Below, piece by piece: positions 41,307-50,511 of a DNA stretch of 64,000 nucleotides. The notes under the pieces are model-generated. The model worked only from the letters and a program-made list of their open reading frames with translations. It ran no database searches and had not been told where the DNA came from. Source of the stretch: an uncultured Peptococcaceae bacterium (lineage in GTDB: Bacteria; Bacillota; Dehalobacteriia; UBA4068; UBA4997); assembly GCA_947647555.1 (NCBI GenBank), contig CANSKT010000001.1, positions 31,969 to 95,968 of the forward strand, given 5' to 3'. Every line of letters begins with the position of its first letter. The stretch's first letter is position 1. The translations under genes were made by a program, and so were the position numbers.

Positions 41307-41696
41307 TTATTTTTCTGGAATTTTAGCAATTAACTCCACTTCCAAAAGACTGCCCTTAGGCAGCGCGGCAATCTGCACACAGGAACGCGCCGGATAAGGC
41401 TGCACAAAATAATCAGCATAAATCTCATTCACTGCGGCAAAATTTGCCAGGTCGGTTAAAAACACCGTGGTTTTCACCACATCGGCAAAACCGCAGCCAG
41501 CCGCGGCCAAAACCTGCTGTAAATTATTAAAAACCTGTTTGGCCTGCGTTTCCACATCAGCCCCGGCCAATTCACCGGTCGCCGGGTCAATCGGCACCTG
41601 ACCGGAAGCAAACAGAAAACCGCCGGCCAGAATAGCCTGAGAATATGGTCCCAAAGCAGCCGGAGCCGCTGTTGTTGCAATTTGTTCTTTTGACAT
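41307..41696 (-). CDS. ridA: RidA/YjgF family reactive-intermediate deaminase
   Basis: 129 aa. APAALGPYSQAI...ASGQVPIDPATGEL...VVKTTVFLTDLANFAAVNEIY...PARSCVQIAALPKGSLLEVE is a canonical RidA pattern. Confidence 0.88.
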   Translation of the reverse strand: MSKEQIATTAAPAALGPYSQAILAGGFLFASGQVPIDPATGELAGADVETQAKQVFNNLQQVLAAAGCGFADVVKTTVFLTDLANFAAVNEIYADYFVQPYPARSCVQIAALPKGSLLEVELIAKIPEK

Positions 41697-41726
41697 TAAA
41701 AATTCCTCTTTTCCAAACTTTTTATA

Positions 41727-42902
41727 CTATCTATGATGACGGCTGGCAACATGATGACCCATGCCTGCCGCATAATGATGCGTATGGTTCAAAGTGCAGT
41801 TGGCCGCGCAATATTTATAGTTATGCGTGTGATTTATGGAGCAGTTGGCCGCACAATATTCATAATGATGCGTATGATTTAAAGAACAGTTGGCAGCACA
41901 ATATTCATAGTTATGCACATGGTTTAGCGTGCAGTTGCTGGCGCAATACAGATTGCCGGACACCGTCTGAACGGCGGCGCTGCTGCGCTGATGTGACTGC
42001 TGATATAAATATTCATCACGCTCCACGTCCATATCCAAAAGCGCGCCGGTATATGCGTCTAATTCCATTTCGTACTCGGTGAAGTTATAATAAATCTCCA
42101 CATCATACTGCCAACGGCCATCATCATATTCCAGTTTCAGCTTGACAATGTTATTTTCTGTTGCACCCGGCACCTGACGCAAAGCAGCAGCGCGAGCCTC
42201 ATCGTTGCTCATAACCTGCGGCTGATTATCAGGATTAGAGGTTCCCGGTACACTGGGATTTCCCGGCTGGGTTGAGGTGCCAAAGCTGTCCGCGTCGGTC
42301 ACCGTACTGCCGCCGGAGCCGGTGTTACCCCCACCGGAGAGAGTAATCGTGCTGGTGTAGCCGTTCCAGTCTACATTCTTGCCCATCAACTCGCCAATCG
42401 CACGCAGCGGCAAATAAACGGAACCGTTATAAAGCAGCGGATAGACATAAGTGCCGTCGGAGTTGGTAAAACTGCGCCGCACACCGTCCAGCATGATAGT
42501 AAAATCCGGACGCAACTGCGCATTGACATACTGCTGTTTAGCCGGAGCAGGCCGCCCCAAAGTCGGAGCCGCGTTACGCGTCCCGGCCAGACTGACGGTC
42601 AAATTGGCCTCGTCCCAGTTAACATTTTTATTCATCAACTCGCCAATCGCACGCAACGGCAGATAAGTAGTGCCATTATAAACTAGCGGATAAACCGGAC
42701 TGCCGGAAGAATTGAAAAAATTCTGCTGCACGCCGTCGACAATAATCGTATAACCCGGATTTAACTGCGCAGTAACATTAGTCGCCACCGGCGCCGCATT
42801 CGCAATGTTCACAACGCCAGCCGCCCCAATACTAATAGCCGCCAGCAGCATAATAGCCAAAATCAACGGTGTAACCTTGCTTTTTAAATGTAAACTACTC
42901 AT
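41727..42902 (-). CDS. Secreted protein: signal peptide + two copper-amine-oxidase-N-like stalk domains + PepSY domain + Cys/His-rich C-terminal repeats
   Basis: 391 aa. Two repeats of the type VDGV...PLVYNGTTYLPLRAIGELMNKNVNWD. PepSY-like AALRQVPGATENNIVKLKLEYDDGRWQYDVEI. The tail has 4 x YCAANC(S/T)(L/I)NH(T/V)H(N/H)Y. Confidence 0.6.
   Translation of the reverse strand: MSSLHLKSKVTPLILAIMLLAAISIGAAGVVNIANAAPVATNVTAQLNPGYTIIVDGVQQNFFNSSGSPVYPLVYNGTTYLPLRAIGELMNKNVNWDEANLTVSLAGTRNAAPTLGRPAPAKQQYVNAQLRPDFTIMLDGVRRSFTNSDGTYVYPLLYNGSVYLPLRAIGELMGKNVDWNGYTSTITLSGGGNTGSGGSTVTDADSFGTSTQPGNPSVPGTSNPDNQPQVMSNDEARAAALRQVPGATENNIVKLKLEYDDGRWQYDVEIYYNFTEYEMELDAYTGALLDMDVERDEYLYQQSHQRSSAAVQTVSGNLYCASNCTLNHVHNYEYCAANCSLNHTHHYEYCAANCSINHTHNYKYCAANCTLNHTHHYAAGMGHHVASRHHR
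41769..41948 (-). repeat. Four tandem in-frame 45-nt repeats encoding a 15-aa Cys2/His2-3 motif
   Basis: YCASNCTLNHVHNYE / YCAANCSLNHTHHYE / YCAANCSINHTHNYK / YCAANCTLNHTHHYA, followed by AGMGHHVASRHHR. Confidence 0.85.
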
Positions 42903-43107
42903 AAGACATACCTCCCGATAAATATTTAATAATTTTTTACGCCCCTGGCGAATACAAAACCTTAAATAACAACCTGTTATCCGTCTGAAAAACCTAAACC
43001 TACCTATTATAATATATTTATTCCAGCCTATATTTATATTATAAATAATTTTCAGACATTGTGCAAGCTTTTTTATAGTTTTTTATCTGGCATATTTTAA
43101 CGCCGGC

Positions 43108-43365
43108 TTATTTTTTCAAAGCATCATTGAATGCTTTCAATTCCCTTTTCCGCTCCTCCGCCAGGCCGTTAAATTCAATATCCTGAACCGCGCCCTCCAA
43201 GGCATACAAATGCACCAGACAAACCTGCGGCCAAGTCGCCTTAAGCTGCAAAAAAGCCGCCTTTGCCCCCATATCCCGTAACTCCTCCGCCGAGTTAATG
43301 CCCAAAACCTGCAACTTTCTGGCCATTTCCCGGCCGATATTCCGCATGGAAGTTAATTCCGCCAT
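43108..43365 (-). CDS. TfoX C-terminal-domain protein
   Basis: 85 aa from the ATG at 43365: MAELTSMRNIGREMARKLQVLGINSAEELRDMGAKAAFLQLK...CLVHLYALEGAVQDIEFNGL. This is the TfoX_C HhH-like pattern. The longer track ORF (to 43590) overlaps the upstream gene. Confidence 0.6.
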   Translation of the reverse strand: MAELTSMRNIGREMARKLQVLGINSAEELRDMGAKAAFLQLKATWPQVCLVHLYALEGAVQDIEFNGLAEERKRELKAFNDALKK

Positions 43366-43375
43366 ATCCCCAACC

Positions 43376-43711
43376 TCATGCTTCCGGAAAAACCAGAGAA
43401 CATTTTTCAATATTCTCCGCTTCATTTTCGGAAATATAAATCTGCGCTGACTGGGACAAATCGTTTCCCTTAAATTCTTCACGCTGAAACAACTCTTTAA
43501 TAAGCGGCCAATTTTCCGCCGCGTTCGCCGTTTCCAGCCAAATGGCCAGCAGCGGCCCCGGCTCCCCCACTTCAGCGTCCAAAAAATCATAGCCGCTACC
43601 TTTTATCAAAGCCTTCGCCGCATCTTCAATGCGATCAGGAACGCAATAGCGCAAATCCATATCGGGGTTTTGCAGTTTCCCCGGATTTAACAGTACAATA
43701 ATCGTTTGCAT
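43376..43711 (-). CDS. Hypothetical protein
   Basis: 111-aa ORF with no recognisable motif. Sits between topB and the TfoX_C gene on the same strand. Confidence 0.35.
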   Translation of the reverse strand: MQTIIVLLNPGKLQNPDMDLRYCVPDRIEDAAKALIKGSGYDFLDAEVGEPGPLLAIWLETANAAENWPLIKELFQREEFKGNDLSQSAQIYISENEAENIEKCSLVFPEA

Positions 43712-43758
43712 ATAAACGCCCTCCTTAACTGCAATTTATATTGCCGCGCCAGCCTAAT

Positions 43759-45699
43759 TCAGGTTTTTTTGGTTCGGGAGCGCTTAAATCGCCGCGGTTC
43801 CTCCGGAAATTTTACATAACGGTTTGAGGTACGGCAGTCCTGCACCAAAAACTGCACATAACGGCGAATACTGGCCATAAAAACATCTTCAGTCATGCGG
43901 CCGGCCGCAATAGCGGAAAGACCGCGCTCCCATTTGCCGGTAGTTTCCGGCGATTTCATTTCCGGCGGCGCCACGTCTATCAGGCGCTTGCCCTTTTCCG
44001 TCGGCAACAGATTTTTACTCTGCCGCCGGATATAGCCCACCTTGAGCAAACGCTCAATAATAGCCGCCCGGGTGGCCGGCGTGCCCAGACCGTTCTCTTT
44101 CAACTGCTCACGCAGCGCCTCGTCTTCCACGAAACGACCGGCATTCTCCATCGCCGAAAGCAAGCCGGCCTCTGTATAAGGCTTGGGCGGCTGGGTTTTC
44201 TTGCGCAACGGCCGAGCCGCCATAACTCGCACCGCCTGCCCCGGCTGCAAATTAGGCAGTTGCTGATTTTCGCTCTCCTTGGCGGCGGTTTTTCGTTTGG
44301 TGGCCGCTTTCTGTTCAGCGCCGTCCTCCGCCGTCTGCAAAGATTGATAGACCTGCTGCCAACCCCAGACCAAAACCTCCTGACCGCGCGAGGCAAAAAG
44401 CGCCGTTTGCGGCTCCAGGCCAGCCGATAAATCTACTTCAGTTAAAACTCTGGTTACGGCATAGCGATAGGCCGGCATGAAAACCGCCAGAAAACGCAGC
44501 GCCACCAGCTGAAAGACCAGCATTTCCTCACGCGTAAGATTATCCAGCCGCAGCCGCCCCTCGGTGGGAATAATTGCATGGTGGTCGGTTACCTTGCTGT
44601 TATCAATAATTCGCTTTCCAATAGCCAATGGACTTTGCAGCAGCGGCGCGGCCAGCGGCTTAAACTGCGGTAGCTCCGCCAGATGCTGCACACGCCCCAG
44701 CAGGCGCGGCGCCAGGTCGTCGCTTAAATAACGGCTGTCGGTACGCGGATAAGTTAAAAGCTTGCGCCGTTCATAAAGCCCCTGGGCAATATCCAGCGTT
44801 TTCTGCGCCGAAAAGCCATAGCGTTTATTACAATCTCGCTGTAATTCTGTCAAGTCATAAAGCAGCGGCGGCGGCTGGCTTTTTTCCTCTCGCGTAACAT
44901 TGCGCACTCTGGCCGGCTGATTTTTCACACCGGCCGCCAGCGCCTTGGCCTGTTCGGCCGCCTTCGCCCCCAGAATACGGGTCTTGCCGTCTTTATCCTG
45001 CCAGATGCCCCAATATGTATTAAACTCGTCAACGCCAAAATCCGCCCGGATTTCATAATATTCCTCCGGCACAAAAGCGGCAATTTCTCTGGCTCGGGCC
45101 ACAATAATTGCCAGCGTGGGCGTTTGCACTCGCCCCACGGAAAGCAGGGTGTTATATTTCAGCGTATAGGCGCGGCTGGCGTTAATCCCCACCAGCCAAT
45201 CCGCTTCTGAGCGACAGCGCGCCGAAGCAAACAGGCGGTCATAATCCGCGCCGGGGCGCAGATTGGCAAAACCCTCCTGAATAGCCTGGTCGGTCATACT
45301 GGAAACCCAAAGCCGGCGGAAAGGCTTGCAGCAACCGCAAAGCTGATAAATATAACGAAAAATCAGTTCGCCCTCCCGGCCGGAATCGGTGGCGCAGATT
45401 AGGCTGCCAACCTCCGGGCTGTGCAGCAGCTTACGCAAAACCGCCAGCTGACTACGGCCGCTGGGTACGGCGCGCAGCTGCATTTCTTCCGGCATGATAG
45501 GCAAAGCGTCCATGCTCCATTTTTTCCAGGCCGGGTTATAATCCTCCGGGTCACAAAGCGCCGCCAAATGCCCCACCGCCCAGGTAACAATATGACTGGC
45601 GCCGCTGATATAGCCGTCGCCCTTTTCCCGACAGCCCAAAACCCGGGCAATATCCCGGCCAACGGAGGGTTTTTCCGCAATTACCAAAACTTTCGACAT
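43759..45699 (-). CDS. topB: Type IA DNA topoisomerase (topoisomerase III-like)
   Basis: 646 aa. Toprim N-terminus KVLVIAEKPSVGRDIARVLG, then TWAVGHL. The active-site region is LLTYPRTDSRYLS. Confidence 0.85.
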   Translation of the reverse strand: MSKVLVIAEKPSVGRDIARVLGCREKGDGYISGASHIVTWAVGHLAALCDPEDYNPAWKKWSMDALPIMPEEMQLRAVPSGRSQLAVLRKLLHSPEVGSLICATDSGREGELIFRYIYQLCGCCKPFRRLWVSSMTDQAIQEGFANLRPGADYDRLFASARCRSEADWLVGINASRAYTLKYNTLLSVGRVQTPTLAIIVARAREIAAFVPEEYYEIRADFGVDEFNTYWGIWQDKDGKTRILGAKAAEQAKALAAGVKNQPARVRNVTREEKSQPPPLLYDLTELQRDCNKRYGFSAQKTLDIAQGLYERRKLLTYPRTDSRYLSDDLAPRLLGRVQHLAELPQFKPLAAPLLQSPLAIGKRIIDNSKVTDHHAIIPTEGRLRLDNLTREEMLVFQLVALRFLAVFMPAYRYAVTRVLTEVDLSAGLEPQTALFASRGQEVLVWGWQQVYQSLQTAEDGAEQKAATKRKTAAKESENQQLPNLQPGQAVRVMAARPLRKKTQPPKPYTEAGLLSAMENAGRFVEDEALREQLKENGLGTPATRAAIIERLLKVGYIRRQSKNLLPTEKGKRLIDVAPPEMKSPETTGKWERGLSAIAAGRMTEDVFMASIRRYVQFLVQDCRTSNRYVKFPEEPRRFKRSRTKKT

Positions 45700-45732
45700 T
45701 TTTTCACCTTTTCAAACACGTGCCCATTGAAC

Positions 45733-47148
45733 TTATGCCATTAAAAACGCTTTATAACCTTTATAAGCTTCATATATATCCGCCTTACTGGTAACCTCCC
45801 AGGGCGCGTGCATACTCAAAACCGGCACGCCGCTGTCAATAACCTCCATGCCATAAAGCGCCAGAATATAGGCAATAGTGCCGCCGCCGCCCAAATCGAC
45901 TTTGCCCAATTCCGCCGTTTGATAATGTACGCCGGCCTCGTCCATAACCTGCCGCAGCCAGCCCAGATATTCAGCATTAGCGTCATTAGAGCCGGATTTG
46001 CCGCGCGCGCCGGTGAACTTGTTGAAAACCAGACCATGGCTCAAATAGGCCACGTTGTTCTTCTCAAAGGCCGAAGCATAGGCCGGGTCATAGGCGGAAC
46101 TAACGTCGGAAGAAAGCATGCGGCTGCGCTGTAAAAGCCGACGCAGGTTTAATTCAGAAAATTCGCCGGTTAAATTCAGCAGTTCGGCCACCGCATTTTC
46201 AAAAAAGCGTGATTGCATACCCGTCGCGCCCACACTGCCAATTTCCTCTTTATCTACCAGCAGACAGCAGGCGCAGCGCTGGCTGTTTTCCACCTCCAGC
46301 ATAGCGCGCAGCGAGGGATAAGCACAGGCAGAGTCGTCCTGACCATAAGCCAAAATCATACTGCGATCCAAACCGGATTCTCTGGCCGCGCCAGCCGGCA
46401 CAACCTCCAATTCGGCCGAAATAAAATCTTCTTCCTGCAAATCATATTTTTCCTCCAGCAGCCGCAAAATGTTGGCCTTAACCGCCTGTTTGGCCGCTTT
46501 TTTCTGCTCGTCGCTCTTATCCGCCGCGTCAATATCCGCCAACGCCGCATTGCCAACCAGCAAATTAAGCGCCTCGCCCTCCACCACGCGCGCGCCTTTT
46601 TTCTCCAGCTGTTCCTGCGCCAGATGTATCAGCAAATCGGTTACGCAGAAAACCGGATCGTCCGCGTCCTCGCCAATCACAATATCCACCGTATGGCCGT
46701 CTTTTTTCACCACCACGCCATGCAGAGCCAGCGGCAATGTTACCCACTGATATTTTTTGATACCGCCATAATAATGCGTATCCAAAAAGGCCAGCTCACC
46801 GGCCTCAAACAGCGGATTTTGTTTAATATCCAAACGCGGCGAGTCAACATGCGCGCCTAATATGTTTAAACCGGCGCTTAGTGGCTGCTCACCTAACCGA
46901 AACAGCGCCACCGCCTTGCCCATGCAAACGGTGTAAAGTTTGTCGCCCGGCTGTAACTGCCCACCGCCGTTCTTGATTAAATCTTCCATATTACGATAAC
47001 CGGCCGCTTCCGCCTGACGCACAACCTCGCGCACGCTTTCCCGTTCCGTTTTACAATCCGTCAAAAATTTACGATAATCAGCCGCCAGCTGCTCCAGCTG
47101 ACTGCGTTCTTCTTCATTATATAGCTTAAAACAATTCTGCCGTTCCAA
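45733..47148 (-). CDS. M18-family aminopeptidase
   Basis: 471 aa with LGAHVDSPRLDIKQNPL, VDKEEIGSVGATG, GGGGTIA and MHAPWE, all typical of M18 aminopeptidases. Confidence 0.78.
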   Translation of the reverse strand: MERQNCFKLYNEEERSQLEQLAADYRKFLTDCKTERESVREVVRQAEAAGYRNMEDLIKNGGGQLQPGDKLYTVCMGKAVALFRLGEQPLSAGLNILGAHVDSPRLDIKQNPLFEAGELAFLDTHYYGGIKKYQWVTLPLALHGVVVKKDGHTVDIVIGEDADDPVFCVTDLLIHLAQEQLEKKGARVVEGEALNLLVGNAALADIDAADKSDEQKKAAKQAVKANILRLLEEKYDLQEEDFISAELEVVPAGAARESGLDRSMILAYGQDDSACAYPSLRAMLEVENSQRCACCLLVDKEEIGSVGATGMQSRFFENAVAELLNLTGEFSELNLRRLLQRSRMLSSDVSSAYDPAYASAFEKNNVAYLSHGLVFNKFTGARGKSGSNDANAEYLGWLRQVMDEAGVHYQTAELGKVDLGGGGTIAYILALYGMEVIDSGVPVLSMHAPWEVTSKADIYEAYKGYKAFLMA

Positions 47149-47273
47149 GCTTATCGCCTCCTTAAAAAATTATTACATATAATTATAAGCTATTCCTCGC
47201 ATAATTACAATAGCCACCCCTTGAAAACCCAGTAAATATATGTTATTATAGGGTTAAGGAGAGTGCCAGAAAC

Positions 47274-47693
47274 ATGAAGATTTCCACAAAAGGGCGTTAT
47301 GCATTGCGTATGCTGCTGGATTTGGCCGAACATCAGGGCGAGGGATTTATCGCGCTGAAAGATATTGCCAGCCGCCAGCAGATTTCTAAAAAATATCTGG
47401 AACAGATTGTTGCTATTTTAAATAAAACCGATATTCTGCAAGCCAACCGCGGCTTTCAGGGCGGCTATAAGCTGGCCAAAGAGCCGGCGCAATATACCGT
47501 GGGCAGTATTCTGCGCCAAACAGAGGGCAGTCTTTCTCCCGTGGCCTGTCTGGAACAGGACCCAACCAACTGCTCGCGCCACAGCTGTTGCGCCACGCTG
47601 CCCGTCTGGCAGGGGCTGGAACAGGTTATCAACGAATATCTGGACAGTATCACCTTACAGGATATTTTACAGCAGCTTGAACAAAGCAAATAA
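47274..47693 (+). CDS. Rrf2 family transcriptional regulator (Cys-cluster type)
   Basis: 139 aa. MKISTKGRYALRMLLDLA is the Rrf2 wHTH. The Cys cluster VACLEQDPTNCSRHSCC suggests Fe-S ligation. Confidence 0.85.
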   Translation: MKISTKGRYALRMLLDLAEHQGEGFIALKDIASRQQISKKYLEQIVAILNKTDILQANRGFQGGYKLAKEPAQYTVGSILRQTEGSLSPVACLEQDPTNCSRHSCCATLPVWQGLEQVINEYLDSITLQDILQQLEQSK

Positions 47694-47756
47694 AATATGT
47701 TTATGCAAAAAAACGCCGCCGCTTGCCTTTAAGCAAACGGCGGTTTTATTGTACTT

Positions 47757-49088
47757 TTAACTGATAACAGCCGCCAGCTGCGCCACATATTTCTGACACA
47801 ACTCGTCAGTAGCGGCCTCCACCATCACGCGCACCACTGGCTCCGTGCCGCTTGGTCGAATTAACACCCGGCCATCGCCGGCCATCTGCTGTTCAATTTC
47901 TGCCGCCAGCTGCTGCAAAACCGGATTTTGCAAAGCCGCTTCTTTCTCCGCCACGCGCACATTCTGCAACAGCTGCGGATAAGTCTTAACCGGCTCGGCC
48001 AGCTTGGAAAGCGGCAGTTTCCGCTCCAGAATAACCTCCATCAGCTTAATGGCCGTCAAAATTCCGTCCCCCGTGGAAGCGTATTTGCTGAAAATAATAT
48101 GCCCGGATTGTTCACCGCCCAGCCGGTGACCGTTTTGCAGCATATTTTCGTAAACAAAGCGGTCGCCCACCGCCGTTTTTTCATAATTAATTTCCGCCGC
48201 GTCAAAAGCCTTATAAAGCCCCAGGTTTGACATAACCGTAGTCACCACGGTATTATTAATCAGCTTGCCGCGCTCTTTCATGTAGCGGCCATAAATATAC
48301 AGAATTTTATCGCCGTCTACCACGTTGCCCTGCTCATCAACCGCCAAACAACGGTCGGCGTCGCCGTCAAAGGCAAAACCAACGTCCAGACTCAACTCCC
48401 GAACCAGATTTTGCAATTCCTCAATATGCGTGGAACCGCAGTTCATGTTAATATTCGTGCCGTCCGGCTCATTGTTGATAGCATAAGTTTTAGCGCCCAG
48501 CGCGTCAAAAATGCTTTTAGCCAGCGCCCAGGCGCTGCCGTTGGCACAATCCAGACCCACGCGCATACCCCGATAAGAACGTATGGCCAGAGAAATCAGA
48601 TAACCCATATAACGGTTGCGGCCGGCGGAATAATCAACCGTGCGGCCAATTTCATCACGCTGCGCCAGCGGCGGCTCCGGCGAGCCGGTGTCCAGATACT
48701 CCTCCAGCCGGGCAATAGTTTCAGCGTCCATTTTTTCACCGCGCTCATTCAGCAGTTTGATGCCGTTATCATAAAACGGGTTATGGCTGGCCGAAATCAT
48801 CAATCCGGCGTCAAAATCCTCCGTCCGCACCACATATGAAACACTGGGCGTGGTGGTTACATGCAGCAAATACGCATCGCCACCGCAGGAAGTTAAACCT
48901 GAAACCAGCGCATATTCCAGCATATAGCTGGAACGCCGCGTATCCTTGCCGATAACAAATTTACAGCGCCGCCCCCGAACCTGACGATAATAGCCGGCCA
49001 GAAAACGGCCGATTTTATAGGCATGCTGCGCCGTCAAATCCACATTGGCTTCACCGCGGAAACCATCTGTGCCAAAATATTTTCCCAT
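47757..49088 (-). CDS. glmM: Phosphoglucosamine mutase
   Basis: KYFGTDGFRGEAN N-terminus, active-site SASHNPFYDNGIK, and GDGDADR-type loop FDGDADRC. The preferred start is the ATG at 49088, after SD gggagga. Confidence 0.92.
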   Translation of the reverse strand: MGKYFGTDGFRGEANVDLTAQHAYKIGRFLAGYYRQVRGRRCKFVIGKDTRRSSYMLEYALVSGLTSCGGDAYLLHVTTTPSVSYVVRTEDFDAGLMISASHNPFYDNGIKLLNERGEKMDAETIARLEEYLDTGSPEPPLAQRDEIGRTVDYSAGRNRYMGYLISLAIRSYRGMRVGLDCANGSAWALAKSIFDALGAKTYAINNEPDGTNINMNCGSTHIEELQNLVRELSLDVGFAFDGDADRCLAVDEQGNVVDGDKILYIYGRYMKERGKLINNTVVTTVMSNLGLYKAFDAAEINYEKTAVGDRFVYENMLQNGHRLGGEQSGHIIFSKYASTGDGILTAIKLMEVILERKLPLSKLAEPVKTYPQLLQNVRVAEKEAALQNPVLQQLAAEIEQQMAGDGRVLIRPSGTEPVVRVMVEAATDELCQKYVAQLAAVIS

Positions 49089-49278
49089 ATAGAAAATCCT
49101 CCCCATCACGGAAATATCTGCCTATATCTTAGCACAAAAAACGCCGTATGTCTATATCCTCAACTGTCAAAAAAAACATTAAAAAACTTCCAGCCAAAAA
49201 AAGGGGAAAAAGCACGATTTTTGCTTGACAAAGTGTACTTGCATAGGTTATAGTTAAATTATCAAATAATAAGGAGAG

Positions 49279-49821
49279 ATGAAAATGTTACCCGTAAACC
49301 CCGAAGCGATCGGCTTGTTTGGTCTGATTGCCACTGTAATCTGTTTTGGTCTGGAGCAAATCGGCGTTGGCGTTAAAGGCGCTGACCATACCAAGCTGAC
49401 CACCTCCCTGGGGCTTATCGCCATTTTATTTGGCGGCCTCGCGCAAATTTTCACCGGCCTCTGTATGTATCTGTTCTCCGTCGGCGGCGACCACAGCATC
49501 TACCTGGGCACCGTATTCAGCTTTTTTGGTCTGTTCTGGGTGCTGGTTGGCCTGTTCTTCCTCAAAGGCGGCGACAAAAAGGTTATTGCCCATTTCTTTG
49601 CCACTGGCTTTATCCTCTGTGTAGGCTTCACCCTGAAGGCTTTCCAGGACGGTCTGGTTTGGCCGCTGGGTATTGACCTGATTGTGATTGACGTGCTGTT
49701 GGCGGTTCTGGTGCCAGCCTGGTACACCAACAATCCTCTGCTGACCAAAATTGCCGGCATCTGCAATTTAACGATTGGCATAATCTCTATGTTTCTGCTG
49801 TTCCCGGCTATCGGTTTATAA
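49279..49821 (+). CDS. GPR1/FUN34/YaaH (SatP-like) acetate/succinate channel family protein
   Basis: 180 aa with 6 hydrophobic helices and an N-terminal NPEAIGLFGL motif (NPxxLGL type). Promoter is TTGACA 49225..49230, 18-nt spacer, TATAGT. Confidence 0.6.
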   Translation: MKMLPVNPEAIGLFGLIATVICFGLEQIGVGVKGADHTKLTTSLGLIAILFGGLAQIFTGLCMYLFSVGGDHSIYLGTVFSFFGLFWVLVGLFFLKGGDKKVIAHFFATGFILCVGFTLKAFQDGLVWPLGIDLIVIDVLLAVLVPAWYTNNPLLTKIAGICNLTIGIISMFLLFPAIGL

Positions 49822-49942
49822 GCATTAACATCATTAACTGCTAAAAAGACGCTGACGCCCAGCGTCTTTTTTATATGCCGCTTTTTTTTCAACTGAACAG
49901 CGGACTATATTACGCTTTTTTATAAAAAATTTACCAAAACCC

Positions 49943-49971
49943 TTGACAAGCAGCGTTCTTTTTTGTATAAT
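49943..49971 (+). promoter_or_regulatory. Sigma-A promoter of the tRNA cluster
   Basis: -35 TTGACA 49943..49948, 17-nt spacer, -10 TATAAT 49966..49971. Confidence 0.6.
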
Positions 49972-50003
49972 ATTTTAAGCGTGATTGAAGGGCGCATTGC
50001 CGT

Positions 50004-50092
50004 GGAGAGGTACCGAAGTGGTCATAACGGAGCGGTCTTGAAAACCGTCGCACAGCAATGTGTCGTGGGTTCGAATCCCACCCTCTCCGCCA
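50004..50092 (+). tRNA. tRNA-Ser (anticodon UGA)
   Basis: Acceptor stem GGAGAGG/CCTCTCC, anticodon loop CTTGAAA, long variable arm, T-loop GGTTCGAATCC, encoded CCA. Confidence 0.9.
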
Positions 50093-50111
50093 AAATCTAC
50101 GCACTTGACAT

Positions 50112-50206
50112 GGAGAGTTGGCCGAGTCGGTCGAAGGCGCTCGCCTGCTAAGCGAGTATACGGGCAAAAACCTGTATCGGGGGTTCGAATCCCCTGCTCT
50201 CCGCCA
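50112..50206 (+). tRNA. tRNA-Ser (anticodon GCU)
   Basis: Acceptor stem GGAGAGT/GCTCTCC, anticodon loop CTGCTAA, long variable arm, T-loop GGTTCGAATCC, encoded CCA. Confidence 0.9.
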
Positions 50207-50241
50207 TTTTTATGGTGTGCGTTACGCAAAACCTGATTTAT

Positions 50242-50318
50242 GTGCTACTAGCTCAGCTGGATAGAGCGTCTGGCTACGGACCAGAAGGTCGGGGGTTCGA
50301 ATCCCTCGTAGCACGCCA
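50242..50318 (+). tRNA. tRNA-Arg (anticodon ACG)
   Basis: Acceptor stem GTGCTAC/GTAGCAC, D-arm GCTCAGCTGGATAGAGC, anticodon loop CTACGGA, T-loop GGTTCGAATCC, encoded CCA. Confidence 0.92.
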
Positions 50319-50319
50319 T

Positions 50320-50352
50320 AAAGCGCCCACAGATTACTGTGGGCGCTTTGTT
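50320..50352 (+). terminator. Intrinsic terminator after the tRNA cluster
   Basis: 10-bp stem gcgcccacag / ctgtgggcgc, loop atta, then tttgtt. Confidence 0.75.
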
Positions 50353-50511
50353 ATGCTTAAAACAATCCCGGCTGTTTTGTATCCCAATTTATAGCCGGCG
50401 ATGTTTATAAATGTTAACAAATGGGAAAACTTTAAACAGCTTTTTCAACCGAACAACTATTAAATATCCCTGCAATCCGCACCGCAAAAAGCTTGTCATA
50501 ATACACACATC

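Noticed and set aside
41769-41948. Regularly spaced 45-nt repeats that could superficially suggest a CRISPR-like or minisatellite array.
   Set aside because: The repeats are contiguous with no spacers, in frame within a long ORF, and encode a conserved peptide motif. No cas genes are present anywhere in the window.
43366-43590. An N-terminal extension of the TfoX_C ORF (track ORF 43108..43590, 160 aa).
   Set aside because: The extension overlaps the 111-aa upstream ORF in another frame and has an unnatural W/R/K-rich composition. The conserved TfoX_C domain begins at the ATG at 43365.
49931-50394. Several 60-84 aa ORFs on both strands over the tRNA cluster.
   Set aside because: They overlap three canonical tRNA genes with full cloverleaf features. 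These are artefactual ORFs.
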